From NCBI GenBank assembly GCA_963665295.1, contig OY762209.1, positions 3,744,001 to 3,808,000 of the forward strand: a stretch of 64,000 nucleotides of DNA. The letters are read 5' to 3'. The notes beneath the pieces are model-generated. The model did no database searches and had not been told where the DNA came from. It saw nothing but the letters and a program-made list of their open reading frames with translations. Both the position numbers and the translations under genes were made by a program. Below, piece by piece: positions 19,023 to 29,766 of the stretch. Positions within the stretch are counted from its first letter, which is position 1. Each line of letters starts with the position of its first letter. Source of the DNA: Syntrophorhabdaceae bacterium (GTDB lineage: Bacteria > Desulfobacterota > Syntrophorhabdia > Syntrophorhabdales > Syntrophorhabdaceae).

Positions 19023-22000
19023 TTGAAGAGATGCAGTATCCGGTAACGCCCTATGCTTTCGACATCGAAACGTCTATGGGCGATCTGCGCATTGAGATGG
19101 AGTCCACGGAGTTTGATGCTCCTTCAAAATTCGAGATCAAGACCTATGGCGGGAATGCGGCTCCGGAATCGGTTTTGAGAAGATACTTTCATGAATTCGG
19201 GTTCGGGATGAGGGGCCATAGAATAGAGATGGAAGGTGATCGAGCCTTTCCATCCGATTTCTACCATGTTTTGACCATGAGCCGCACCTATCTTCAAGAG
19301 GGGAAGCAAAGCAGCATTCTCGACTTCCAAATTATGGGGTTTGTTCCGCGTAAAGGGTATGTAGACTTATTTGTCGGTCCAGAAGGTGATGGTGAAGACG
19401 ATAACATTTTGGAGAGCGCCGAGAGCGTTCTCATGACTCTCACGGGCAAGGAATTGGGCGAGAATATTGATTCAGAGAGCGCCGTCGAGGTAGCCAAGAA
19501 CTATTACAGAGCCAAAATGCAGGGGAAAATAGTAACACGGCCAAGCGTGGGCGATGTACGCTTTTCCGGCAAGGGATGGAAGAAATTCAGGCGAGGCATA
19601 ACAACGGACATCAAGAAGGCCAAACTACTGCCTGCGGCCCCTGTCGTCGTTCGACTCGGAAAGCACTCCGTCTCGGAACTCTACAAGAGCCGTCCCGATA
19701 ATATTGTCCGATTCCATTTTTTTGATGGGAAGATTGAACTCGAAGGCCAAGTCCTGCTTGTCGGTGTGACTGTTGGAGAAGACGACAGAGGTTGTCTCTT
19801 TTATAATCTCAATCATGACCCAGATGTTCTCATAGAAAAACGAAAGGCCCCAAGTTTGCCCAGGTTAGAAGCCCGGGGGTTGGAGCCCTCCATCGGGGAG
19901 CATGATGCTCACCGCAATAGAAGTATAGACGCAGAAGACCGTGATGTCAACATTACGGAATCTGCCTCCATCGATAGGGAAGCCAACAAAGCGGCGTCTT
20001 CTCCAAAAAATAGCCTTCCCGAGCCCACGGAGGCCCAAAAAGAAGCCGGGAATTACCGCAAGGGTCATGTGACTATTCGCGGCCTGGACATCGCTATCGA
20101 GAACCCCGCAGGGTCCGAACGGTCCGGTGTCAACCGGGATGGAAAGAAATGGACATCGAAGATGCGTCACCACTATGGCTATTTCAAAGGTACGAGGGGG
20201 CGCGACAAAGATCATCTTGACGTCTTCCTCGGTCCGGATCCCGAGAACGCAGACAAGGTGTTCATCGTAAACCAGACAAGCCAGGCTACGGGTTCTTTCG
20301 ATGAGCACAAGATCATGTGGGGGTTTGAAACTGAAGACGAGGCGCGTGCGGCCTATCTCTCCAATTACGAAGAGGGATGGCAGGGCCTTGGGAGCATCTG
20401 CACCTTGTTCGTTGACGAATTCAAGGACTGGCTGAAGAACGGAGACACTACTATACCGGTCGAAAGGGGGGTGACCGGGTCGTATCACCAAGACCCATCC
20501 TGGGTCGGTGTTGATTTGGACGGCACGCTTGCAAAGTACGACGGCTGGGTAGGAGAGGATCACATCGGTGAGCCCATTCCCCTCATGATGGCTTTCGTAA
20601 AGCGCCTCGTAAGGGAAGGCAAAAGGGTAAAGATATTCACTGCCAGAGCGTCAGACCCTGAGAAGATACCGCCCGTCAAGAAATGGCTTGAAAGGAATGG
20701 CCTGGGAGACCTTGAAGTAACCAACGTCAAGGATCAGAACATGACCATGCTTTATGATGACCGGGCGGCGAAGGTTATAGCCAACACGGGCGTCATCCTC
20801 GAGAAAGCACGCCAAAGCGCGATAATGGAACGCAGTCGAGCAACTTATTTCCGTGGTGCTGTTCAAGGGGCAGTTTCCTTTGACGACATCGAGGATGTTT
20901 TTGCTGCCACGTTTGGCCCTATCGTGGTCAAACGGTTCATATTTGGGGAGATATCGGAACTGGAAAATCAGATTAAGGCTATGCGTGAGAAGCTCGCTCA
21001 GGTGATGCTGGACAATGACGGTACCGGGATCGTCCAGGGAGAAAAGACGACCGCCTATCTGAACGACAACTCGCCCATTGATCTTCAGTATGCCGTGATC
21101 GGGGCGGATCGCCTTGTTACGTCTCATACCGACGAACTGTCTCTAAATCGGGACTTCTCGCAGGACCTCCAACCCCGGGATCGCGCCCGGGAGGGCATGA
21201 GGTTACAAGTCGAGCAGATGGCGGGTAAGCTGAATCCAGAACGCCTTGGAGAATCTACAAGCGTTTCAACGGGAGCACCCATCATTGGTCAGGACCTCAC
21301 GGTCGAATCAGGCAATGGACGGACCATTGCCATACGAAAAGCCTACACGGCGGGGGAGAAGGGTCAGGAATACAAACAATGGCTCGTTACGAATGCCGAT
21401 CAGTTCGGGATTTCCGGTAAAGCCATTGAGAGTATGGAAAGACCGGTATTGGTAAGGATTCGTCTTACGGAAATTGATCGTTCCGAATTTGCACGGAAAG
21501 CCAATGAAGACGAAATCGCACAGATGGCGCCTTCGGAACTGGCCAAGGCGGATGCTGCAAGGCTGACCAATGACGACATAGCCTTTTTTCAGCCTTCCGA
21601 TGATGGCAATATTGCGGCAACCACGAACCGAGCCTTTATCGCCAAGTTCGTAGAGAAGATGGGAGTTACCGCATCCACCGGATACATGACGAAAGACGGA
21701 AGATACACAAAGCAGCTCATTGACCGGGTGCAGGCCGCTATTTTTCAGAAAGCATACCAAGATGAAGACCTGCTGATTCTCATGGCGGAAGAAGCCGACC
21801 CGAAGATAAAGAACATTTTGAGTGCAATGACTGTCGCCGCGGGCGAATTCTCCGGGGCAAAGGCCGCTGACCAGGATCTCATGGGAATCGATATCCCACA
21901 TCACATCATAGAAGCTGCAAAACTGATAAAGAAGGCAAGGCAAGATGGAGATGCTATCGAGATGGTATTAGCCCAGGGTGGCTTTTTCGAAGCCATATCC

Positions 22001-22723
22001 GAAGATACGAAGCATATCACCCGATTCATCGACAGCAATATCCGATCCGCAAAACGCATGGGCGCCGTCTTTAAGGAGGCGGCGAGCATGCTCAAAAGGC
22101 GTCTGATAGACGAGAAGACACCTAAGTTGATCGCCATGGAAGAGCCATTGCCCACCCCGACCCAGATCCTCACCCGGGCCATAGAAAAGGAAAAGGCGGC
22201 AAGAGAAGTCGGCGAAAACCTTTTTGAGGCGGCCGGAGAATTTGACTGGCGGGAGGCTATAGAAGCCGCGGCAACTTTTGAGGATATTCAGGCCGTTTTC
22301 GAGAGTAAGTTTCCAGAAGTATTCAAAACCGGCAGGGGAAAGCAAACATTCCCTAAGCCTAAAAGAAATATGATGATCAATACCGACAATGGAGAGACAA
22401 CAATAAATCACCTCTTGTCACGCATGGCGCGTGCAAGAGGTGACCAGAAAAGAGACCTGTACTTGTCTACCTACGGCGACGATAGGCGCGCTCTCATAGA
22501 GGCGGCAATTCTGAAATTGCCGGCAGGGGAATACACACTGTCAATAGAAGGCAGGGCAGCGCCTTCACTTCAACGGACAATCATAGACAAATATGGGGTG
22601 TGGGTTGGGGTTGATGTCACTGAACCTCTTGTTCGGGGGATGGCGGTCAAGTATCCAGAAGCAATTCAAGCAACATTCACTCTTGGGTTACAGGAAATAA
22701 GAATAATTACGCGGAGGAGATAA
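19019..22723 (+). CDS. Polyvalent protein: LPD3/PBECR-like RNase, inorganic pyrophosphatase-like, HAD phosphatase and ddrB-ParB-like domains
   Basis: PTEAQKEAGNYRKGH...IENPAGSERSG...HYGY...DHLDVF...FDEHKIM (InPase-like); WVGVDLDGTL...IFTAR...LYDDRA (HAD); LQPRDR...LNPERL...GAPII...VESGNGR (ParB-like); GDVRFSGKGWKK...RFHFF...VGVTVGED...FYNL (LPD3-like, weaker). Confidence 0.8.
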   Translation: MIEEMQYPVTPYAFDIETSMGDLRIEMESTEFDAPSKFEIKTYGGNAAPESVLRRYFHEFGFGMRGHRIEMEGDRAFPSDFYHVLTMSRTYLQEGKQSSILDFQIMGFVPRKGYVDLFVGPEGDGEDDNILESAESVLMTLTGKELGENIDSESAVEVAKNYYRAKMQGKIVTRPSVGDVRFSGKGWKKFRRGITTDIKKAKLLPAAPVVVRLGKHSVSELYKSRPDNIVRFHFFDGKIELEGQVLLVGVTVGEDDRGCLFYNLNHDPDVLIEKRKAPSLPRLEARGLEPSIGEHDAHRNRSIDAEDRDVNITESASIDREANKAASSPKNSLPEPTEAQKEAGNYRKGHVTIRGLDIAIENPAGSERSGVNRDGKKWTSKMRHHYGYFKGTRGRDKDHLDVFLGPDPENADKVFIVNQTSQATGSFDEHKIMWGFETEDEARAAYLSNYEEGWQGLGSICTLFVDEFKDWLKNGDTTIPVERGVTGSYHQDPSWVGVDLDGTLAKYDGWVGEDHIGEPIPLMMAFVKRLVREGKRVKIFTARASDPEKIPPVKKWLERNGLGDLEVTNVKDQNMTMLYDDRAAKVIANTGVILEKARQSAIMERSRATYFRGAVQGAVSFDDIEDVFAATFGPIVVKRFIFGEISELENQIKAMREKLAQVMLDNDGTGIVQGEKTTAYLNDNSPIDLQYAVIGADRLVTSHTDELSLNRDFSQDLQPRDRAREGMRLQVEQMAGKLNPERLGESTSVSTGAPIIGQDLTVESGNGRTIAIRKAYTAGEKGQEYKQWLVTNADQFGISGKAIESMERPVLVRIRLTEIDRSEFARKANEDEIAQMAPSELAKADAARLTNDDIAFFQPSDDGNIAATTNRAFIAKFVEKMGVTASTGYMTKDGRYTKQLIDRVQAAIFQKAYQDEDLLILMAEEADPKIKNILSAMTVAAGEFSGAKAADQDLMGIDIPHHIIEAAKLIKKARQDGDAIEMVLAQGGFFEAISEDTKHITRFIDSNIRSAKRMGAVFKEAASMLKRRLIDEKTPKLIAMEEPLPTPTQILTRAIEKEKAAREVGENLFEAAGEFDWREAIEAAATFEDIQAVFESKFPEVFKTGRGKQTFPKPKRNMMINTDNGETTINHLLSRMARARGDQKRDLYLSTYGDDRRALIEAAILKLPAGEYTLSIEGRAAPSLQRTIIDKYGVWVGVDVTEPLVRGMAVKYPEAIQATFTLGLQEIRIITRRR

Positions 22724-22726
22724 TAA

Positions 22727-25700
22727 ATGATTCTTGAAAGGGCTGTCCCGGATTGGAAATCGAAAGTTCAAGCGGCAAGCAGTTTCTTTGACATAGCGAC
22801 GGTTATCAAGACCCTTTTCGATCTGGAAACGGTCCCGGGGCAAGAGCCTCCGAAAGACCCAAACGACTACAAAGATGAAAATTCTGATTACGGTCTGAAG
22901 GTCAAGGGGATAAAAGCCCGCGAACGTCTCAACGAACAGGCCCGGGAGATCATCGGCCGCGTAAAAACCCCTGACGATCTGACAGACGCAGACCGGGAAA
23001 TACTGAAACAATATTCAGGAAGGGGGGGTCTTACCGAAAACTCCCAGTTTGAATACTACACGCCGACTCACGTGGCCGAGGGACTATGGGACGGCATGAT
23101 GACCAACGGATTCGCAAACGGGAATGTTCTGGATCCCTGCGTAGGTGCCGGCGTCTTTTCGGCGACTAAACCAAAAGGGGCAATCATCACCGGGGCGGAC
23201 ATTGATCCGGTCGGTTCAAGAGTCGCCCAGCTTCTCAATCCGGAAGACCTGATCCAAAGCCAGTCGTTTGAAAGAACCGTCATGGAGACCCCCGACGATA
23301 CCTTTGACGCCGTAGTCGGTAATGTTCCCTTCGGCAACGCGAGAGGAGCGAGCGCCCATGACGATCCCGATTACAAAAATGAAAAGCGCATCGAGCGCTA
23401 TTTCATTCTCAGAGCCCTGGACAAAGTGAAGCCAGGGGGGCTCTGTTGCCTGATCGTGCCTATCAATATCGTTGGCGCCAAGGGTGGACAGTGGGAGAAG
23501 TTCCGAATCGCATGTAGCAAAAAGGCTGAATTCCTCGGGGCCCATAAACTGCCATCCAAAACCTTTGCAGCTCAGGGGACCGACACCGTTGTGGACATCG
23601 TCGCCTTCAGAAAGCATCCGAAGGACTTCCTGGACAGGATAGATAACATTCCTTTCGATACCATGAAGGCCTCAAGGGTCATATGGGACGAATTCATTAG
23701 CGGACAATACTGGGTGGGCGAGGGGCGTCAATTCATCATGGGGAAGTGGGTTCCGAAAATTGAAGGAGATCGATGGAGCCGGGAAGTAGTGGATGGCGAT
23801 ATTGACAACGCGGGGCTAAAGGCGAAGCTCGCGCAGCGCTTTGAGTCCCGTATCAACTGGGACCTCCTTGAAGTGGCGGAGCCCATCATCAGAAACTATG
23901 TGGAGGGCGACCGGAAGATCATCAATGGCACCGAATATGAGTTGAGCAGTGGCCAGTGGTCCCGTGTAGTCAAGATTAATGATACCTCATTGACGATTGA
24001 TAGAGGCCGGTACGGCGCTGGGTCCTTGGACGAACTGAAAGCGGTACTGTCATCGTCTAAAGGGGCTTTGGCCCTGTCCGCGAAACAACTCTTTGCCGTC
24101 TTCAAGGCTTTCCCGGAATTCCTGACCCCCCTACAAAAAGCCTCCATCGAATTCGCCATGAGCCAACCGAAAGAAGAGTATCAGGAGCAACTTTTTCGGG
24201 GTTCGATCATCGGGGGCATGATAGCCCGTTATCAGAATACTGTCAACGATGGGACCGCCGAGGATGCGGACCTGCTTGAGCTTCAGGAGCTTGTTTCCAA
24301 GGAGATCGACACCTATGGACATCCCAAAAACAACAGGGGATTGTTGCTGACCGGTGAATCATCAAAGATGTTCGGCCTCTTCAAGAATGCCGTCGATGAA
24401 AAGGGTCAGTTCTCGGATCTTCTTGCAGGGACCATGGATGGGTCGGGGCGAACCTTGGAGTACGATTCGACCAACTTGCAGGCCATTGTGGAGCATCTCT
24501 TCGTCCGGGAAGGGATTCAGTCCATAGAGTTGGAGGACATCCAAAAACTCTACACGGGGAAACGAGAAATCAAGACACTGTCCGACCTTGTCGATGATGA
24601 TGCGTTGGCTATTACGCCCGATGGCTTTATCATGCCGATGGGACGCTATGCAGTGGGCGACATCTATCCTAAGGTCCAGGCCATGAGCGACGCCCTAGCG
24701 GTCGAAACGGATGAACGGGTCAAGGGCAAATACATGGAGCAGATAGAAGAGATTATGCGCCGGCGAAAGACAACGAAGCCGGAAGACATCTCTTTTGATA
24801 TGCGCCAAAAATGGTTCAGCAAGAAATATGTGATCGATTTTCTCAGGGAAAACGGCTATTCGCACCTCACCTACGGCACTATGGAAGAGGTCGTCAAAGA
24901 GAACCCCTATGACGGGAAGACTTTTACTGCACGTGCGCTGAAAGAGGATTACGATAATCCATTCGGCAGGTTCTCTGGAATTGACGATAGTAAGGGAGGC
25001 TTCCCGAAGCAGTTCCTCAAATACCTCAATGGCGAGAATGTTACGTCTTCCGGAGAAGACGCCCAGGAAAGAATCAAGGAGTACAAGGATCGATGCCGCA
25101 TTTTTGAAGAACAGTTCAACGTATGGATGCAACAGCACATCGAAATCAACGAGATAACCGAGCGATATAACCGGAAATTCAACGGATTCACCCCTTTTGA
25201 CTATGAGGATGCTGATCTTGGCCTGAAAGATGTCTCTCCTCAGGTAAGGCTTCATGGCTATCAGAATGCAGGCGTACGGCGATTATCTGAAGAGGGTCGG
25301 GGTATTCTGGCACACGATGTAGGACTCGGGAAGACTTTCACCGCTCTCGGTCTCTATGCCTATAACAAAAAGATGGGCCGCTCGAAGAAGACTTGCATCG
25401 TGGTGCCGAAGTCCGTACTTGGGAACTGGTATCACGAATCAAAGAAGTTCTTGGGAAACTGCGACGATGTTCTGTTTGTCGGATTTGAGCCGAAATTGGG
25501 CGACGGCGGACAGATCGAGCAGGAGGTTGTGAAGGATGAGAAAGGAAATCCGAAGGTAAACATACTCACTGGACAGCTTGAATATCAGGACATCCTCATA
25601 GAGAGAAACGGCAAAGAAGACGTGTGGGGGGCCATGTGGAGGATTCCGCAGTCAAACTATTCTCTCATCGTCATGACAAAGGAAAAATTTGGCATGATTC

Positions 25701-28700
25701 CCATGAGACCGGACAGCAAAAAGGCCTATGCGGATAAGATGGTTAAAAGATCGCTTATCAGTGAGAAAATGCACGCAGAGGCAACGAGCGACAGCGCCGC
25801 GACCAACGGTATGTCGGCGGAGAAGAGGGTCTCCTATAGTCAGGATGTTGAAAAGGCGAGGCTCGAACAGCAATTCTCCGATGAGGGAACGGCGAAGAAG
25901 GGGGAACTTCCTTACTTCGAGGATATGGGATTTACCGACGTGATCATAGACGAGTGTCATGAGTTCAAAAACAACATGCTTGGTGGGGAACATTATCAGG
26001 ATGTGGCATATCTCCCCACTGCTCCACCCGCGAAACGTGCCCTCGACATGACCATGAAGATGGCATACCTGCGTGATGCCAATAATGGCCGAGGGGCATA
26101 TATGCTCTCCGCTACCCCGGTAACGAACAGTCCGTTCGAGATATTCAACATGCTTTCCTATGTGTGCCCACTCGAAGAATTCGAGAGATACGGTATCTAT
26201 ACGCCCGATGATTTTATTCGCGTATTCGGGGAGATCATGAGCGTTGATAAGATGATGGTTGACGGGGGACTCAAGACAAAAGACGGGTTGAAGGGGTTTC
26301 AAAACCTCGACGGGCTTCGGAGTATGTTTCACAAGTATGTAAACATGAAAGGTGCCGATGATTTCCCAGATCAGATCAAGCTGCCTCCCCATGAGGAAGT
26401 AAGCCTCGACATCGAATTGACCGAGAAACAGCAAGAGGTTTACGCAATCTTGCGCGAGCGCGCGAAAGACGCTGCGAAGCCGCCACAAAAAGGAGAGAAG
26501 AAGGAAAGTATGTTCTCCGTCATCCGGGATATGGACCGGGTTACGACTGATATGGACCTATATAACAAAACGATGACCTTTGTCTTCCGAGAAGCAGACA
26601 GAGCCAATGTGGACGGCTTAGTAAAGAACCTCCCCCAGTCCATCAAGGTTAAGCGCGTCCTCGATGACGATGAGATGGATGCTCTCGGCCTTGATCCAGA
26701 GATGAACAAGGGTAAGGCCCAGGAAGTCACTGTCAAGCTCAAGACGGAATCACGAACGGAAAACAGCAGTTATATTGTCGTCTTTCCGAAAGAGTATGAG
26801 AATATCGTTATTGACCGCATCCCCGGAAACGGCATTGCAATGGAGAATGTATCGCATCCCCTAATGCCAAAGTATGCGAAGCTCATTGAGAATCTGCGCG
26901 CTGACCTTGAAACCGATGGAAAGCAGCTCATCTTTACCGAAGAGAAATCGCAGCATCAGAAGATTTTACGCCTCATAGTCCATCATATCCCGACTATCTC
27001 CAAACTGATTGGAATTATCAACGCGGATGAAGCAAAGGGAGAGGATATTCAGAAAATATCAGATGAATACAATTCCGGCAGTCTGAAATTCGTGATCTGC
27101 AATAAGAAGGCCGAGGTCGGAGTAAACCTTCAGAAGGGCACGACCGCAATCCACCACTTGACCCTTCCCTGGACCCCGGCGAGCATTCAACAGCGAAACG
27201 GCAGAGGAGTGCGCCAGGGCAATACGGCGGCCATGATCCATATCTACTATTACTGCGGTAAAGGGTCTTTCGACGCCTACCGCCTCGAGATACTGAAGGC
27301 AAAGTCGAACTGGATGAGGGACCTCTTCGACGGTACTGATGCAACGGCGGGGAATGCAAACGCCTTGAGCCAAGATGATATGATGGACATGCTCGAAGCC
27401 GATCCGGAGGCGGCGAAGAAAAGGAGGCTTGAGCGATTGGCGGCGAAGCAAGCCGAGGAAGCTGAGAAGGAAAAAAGGCGCCTTGCGAACCAATTGCAGG
27501 TGTTATCTCAAGCAAGTAGCGATCTCGCTGGTCTCGACGTTGCCAAAAAGGCAGAACAGGAGAAACTGACCAAAAGGGTGATGGACCTTGAGCCGGAGAT
27601 AAAGAGACTTCACGAGCGATGGTCCGCGGCTGAGGGAGACGATAAAGCGAGAATCGGTCGTCAGATAATGGAGAAAGAACAATCTCTGAAAAACGTGAAA
27701 AATAAGCTTTCCTCTCTTGACCAGACGTTCGAGCAGAGGCGGATCAAGCTTACATCCTCAGTAAAACAGGCGTCGGGACTCTTGCGCCAGAAGGCGAAAA
27801 AAGGCCAACTCCCCTTTGACGAAGCATTAATCGACCGGCCAGAAAGCGCCTGTGTGACACTGTCCGGCAAGGTAGTAGCGGTCGGGGATTGTTACGAGTA
27901 TCAAGGCGATTATTTCCACGGTATCATCAAAGTCGCGGAGGTTGATCCCATTGCCCGAGCCTTCAAATATGAGGAAATAGTGGGTAGGATTAACAATCAG
28001 GATATGGACCGTGCTCTCGATAAGAAGGAATGGGGATGGTATAAGGCCGAGAGCCTTGCAAAATTGGAACAAAAAGGCCTCACAAAAGTCTCGTATTCAG
28101 AGAAAGAACTCATGTTGAAGAAAATGTTAACTGAATCACATGATTATAAGACTCTAGTGGAAGGCAGAATTGACAAGGATATGTTCCTTACCTACCGGAA
28201 GGAGATCAACTGGGATAAACGCGCCATGTACGTTGTGAGGAGTCAAGACGGAACGACAACGATCACCGATGGCTACTCGACCAAGGACCTTGCCAATGCC
28301 ATTATCTATCCTGACGCGAAGAGCGACGGTTTTAGAAAGGCAGTGTGCGAGGGCTATTTACAACAAAAAAGGAGAGGGGGGTCCGTTTACTACGTCTCCG
28401 GCATGATGAGAATGCTCTTTGGTGACAACTATGAAGATGTCGCCATGGAATATGGCAAGACCGCGACAGAAGCCGAGGTAATAGAAGCGTGCGCAAAGGC
28501 ATGGAACGATCAATGGAAAGCAAAACGCCCTTACGGATGTGACAACCTCGACGAACTTGTAAACGCTTTGTTGGACAGAACGGTCAGCCGTGCGACTGTC
28601 CTGAGTGACACACGATCATCCATGAGATACGCAACCAGTGGGCTTGGAGACAACGATGAGCAAATAGAACTCATAGTAAACCAATACTGCCAGGATCTTA

Positions 28701-29089
28701 TGTCCAGCATCGATGCTGCCGTTGCAGCACAAAAGAGCGAAAAGGAACGTGCGGCCAACGAGTCCTTAAAAAACGATCCACGATATAAGGAAGTGCCGCG
28801 GGAAGTCAAGGACGCATTTGACAAGATCGGAATAACGGTCAAAACGAATACTACAAATATGGCTTTGCCGGGATTCAAAAGGCGCCGTGGGGTTGTTTTG
28901 GAGCCCTTTGCACGGTGGTTTTTTCAGGATAGGAATGGAAAGAGTGGTGCGCTCTTCAGAACAAAAGATATTCTGAAAGCGCGTTATGGGGCTCAGTTCT
29001 TTTCGGATGCGGGGGAAGCGTTCAAAGGGGCTTGGTGGCACGTGCCTTCGGCAACGGACTTGAAGGCAATCTATGAACTAATTGCATAA
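22727..29089 (+). CDS. darB: DarB-like N6-adenine methyltransferase / SF2 (SNF2-like) helicase fusion
   Basis: EYYTP, VLDPCVGAG, VGNVPF (MTase); HDVGLGKT, IIDECH, LSATP, QRNGRGVRQGN (helicase); 2120 aa. Confidence 0.9.
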   Translation: MILERAVPDWKSKVQAASSFFDIATVIKTLFDLETVPGQEPPKDPNDYKDENSDYGLKVKGIKARERLNEQAREIIGRVKTPDDLTDADREILKQYSGRGGLTENSQFEYYTPTHVAEGLWDGMMTNGFANGNVLDPCVGAGVFSATKPKGAIITGADIDPVGSRVAQLLNPEDLIQSQSFERTVMETPDDTFDAVVGNVPFGNARGASAHDDPDYKNEKRIERYFILRALDKVKPGGLCCLIVPINIVGAKGGQWEKFRIACSKKAEFLGAHKLPSKTFAAQGTDTVVDIVAFRKHPKDFLDRIDNIPFDTMKASRVIWDEFISGQYWVGEGRQFIMGKWVPKIEGDRWSREVVDGDIDNAGLKAKLAQRFESRINWDLLEVAEPIIRNYVEGDRKIINGTEYELSSGQWSRVVKINDTSLTIDRGRYGAGSLDELKAVLSSSKGALALSAKQLFAVFKAFPEFLTPLQKASIEFAMSQPKEEYQEQLFRGSIIGGMIARYQNTVNDGTAEDADLLELQELVSKEIDTYGHPKNNRGLLLTGESSKMFGLFKNAVDEKGQFSDLLAGTMDGSGRTLEYDSTNLQAIVEHLFVREGIQSIELEDIQKLYTGKREIKTLSDLVDDDALAITPDGFIMPMGRYAVGDIYPKVQAMSDALAVETDERVKGKYMEQIEEIMRRRKTTKPEDISFDMRQKWFSKKYVIDFLRENGYSHLTYGTMEEVVKENPYDGKTFTARALKEDYDNPFGRFSGIDDSKGGFPKQFLKYLNGENVTSSGEDAQERIKEYKDRCRIFEEQFNVWMQQHIEINEITERYNRKFNGFTPFDYEDADLGLKDVSPQVRLHGYQNAGVRRLSEEGRGILAHDVGLGKTFTALGLYAYNKKMGRSKKTCIVVPKSVLGNWYHESKKFLGNCDDVLFVGFEPKLGDGGQIEQEVVKDEKGNPKVNILTGQLEYQDILIERNGKEDVWGAMWRIPQSNYSLIVMTKEKFGMIPMRPDSKKAYADKMVKRSLISEKMHAEATSDSAATNGMSAEKRVSYSQDVEKARLEQQFSDEGTAKKGELPYFEDMGFTDVIIDECHEFKNNMLGGEHYQDVAYLPTAPPAKRALDMTMKMAYLRDANNGRGAYMLSATPVTNSPFEIFNMLSYVCPLEEFERYGIYTPDDFIRVFGEIMSVDKMMVDGGLKTKDGLKGFQNLDGLRSMFHKYVNMKGADDFPDQIKLPPHEEVSLDIELTEKQQEVYAILRERAKDAAKPPQKGEKKESMFSVIRDMDRVTTDMDLYNKTMTFVFREADRANVDGLVKNLPQSIKVKRVLDDDEMDALGLDPEMNKGKAQEVTVKLKTESRTENSSYIVVFPKEYENIVIDRIPGNGIAMENVSHPLMPKYAKLIENLRADLETDGKQLIFTEEKSQHQKILRLIVHHIPTISKLIGIINADEAKGEDIQKISDEYNSGSLKFVICNKKAEVGVNLQKGTTAIHHLTLPWTPASIQQRNGRGVRQGNTAAMIHIYYYCGKGSFDAYRLEILKAKSNWMRDLFDGTDATAGNANALSQDDMMDMLEADPEAAKKRRLERLAAKQAEEAEKEKRRLANQLQVLSQASSDLAGLDVAKKAEQEKLTKRVMDLEPEIKRLHERWSAAEGDDKARIGRQIMEKEQSLKNVKNKLSSLDQTFEQRRIKLTSSVKQASGLLRQKAKKGQLPFDEALIDRPESACVTLSGKVVAVGDCYEYQGDYFHGIIKVAEVDPIARAFKYEEIVGRINNQDMDRALDKKEWGWYKAESLAKLEQKGLTKVSYSEKELMLKKMLTESHDYKTLVEGRIDKDMFLTYRKEINWDKRAMYVVRSQDGTTTITDGYSTKDLANAIIYPDAKSDGFRKAVCEGYLQQKRRGGSVYYVSGMMRMLFGDNYEDVAMEYGKTATEAEVIEACAKAWNDQWKAKRPYGCDNLDELVNALLDRTVSRATVLSDTRSSMRYATSGLGDNDEQIELIVNQYCQDLMSSIDAAVAAQKSEKERAANESLKNDPRYKEVPREVKDAFDKIGITVKTNTTNMALPGFKRRRGVVLEPFARWFFQDRNGKSGALFRTKDILKARYGAQFFSDAGEAFKGAWWHVPSATDLKAIYELIA

Positions 29090-29103
29090 GGAGGTTTCAA
29101 AAA

Positions 29104-29766
29104 ATGCTGAAAACAACTCTGAAGTTTGAAAACTACGGTTCGTCGGGCCTGCACTACATCGGGCATGGTGCTGATTTCGAAGTGCCTGGCCATACGATTG
29201 GCACCGCAGGTATTTCCGTCAATGTTGATCAGGATCAGGCCGCTACAATCACGTCGGAAGTCCGGACGAAAAGGCCGGCCATGGTGGTCACCTCCGTCGA
29301 GACCTTCGATGATGGCGTGATTCCTGCGTATATGCCCTTTCAGAAGGACAACTATGCAGGGGCCTCCGCCCCTGACGAGGACAACGACGTGACGGAAGGA
29401 TACTCCGTGGGTTCGGTCTGGATCGACACGACCGCGAATCCCCATGAGATCTACAGATGCGTCGACGCCAGTGAGGGGGCAGCGATATGGCTGAACACAT
29501 CCTTGGAACTGAGCGAGATTCTGAATGCCGATATGAATCTGGCATTGGGAAAGGTATACAAGATCAACGGCGTGAAAGTTGTCGGGGCCCCTGGCGCCCA
29601 CGTTGCCGATGCAAGCGCTGTTGTCGGAACGGCAACGAATGGAGGCTATGGATTCGTGTCTGCTGATGAAATGAATGCTTTCATCAGCGGTGTCAATGCC
29701 GTAAAAGATGCCGCCAATGCGGTTGTCGCCAGACTTGAAGGACATGGGCTTATTGCCTCTGCCTAA
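29104..29766 (+). CDS. Probable head fibre/virion decoration protein
   Basis: APDEDNDVTEGYSVGSVWIDTT...YRCVDASEGAAIW fibre-type motif and C-terminal NAVVARLEGHGLIA. Confidence 0.5.
   Translation: MLKTTLKFENYGSSGLHYIGHGADFEVPGHTIGTAGISVNVDQDQAATITSEVRTKRPAMVVTSVETFDDGVIPAYMPFQKDNYAGASAPDEDNDVTEGYSVGSVWIDTTANPHEIYRCVDASEGAAIWLNTSLELSEILNADMNLALGKVYKINGVKVVGAPGAHVADASAVVGTATNGGYGFVSADEMNAFISGVNAVKDAANAVVARLEGHGLIASA

Noticed and set aside
22727..29089. DarB as a host restriction-modification or defence system
   Set aside because: It is embedded among hdf/darA/ulx and virion genes with no cognate nuclease or specificity subunit, which fits the P1 antirestriction protein.
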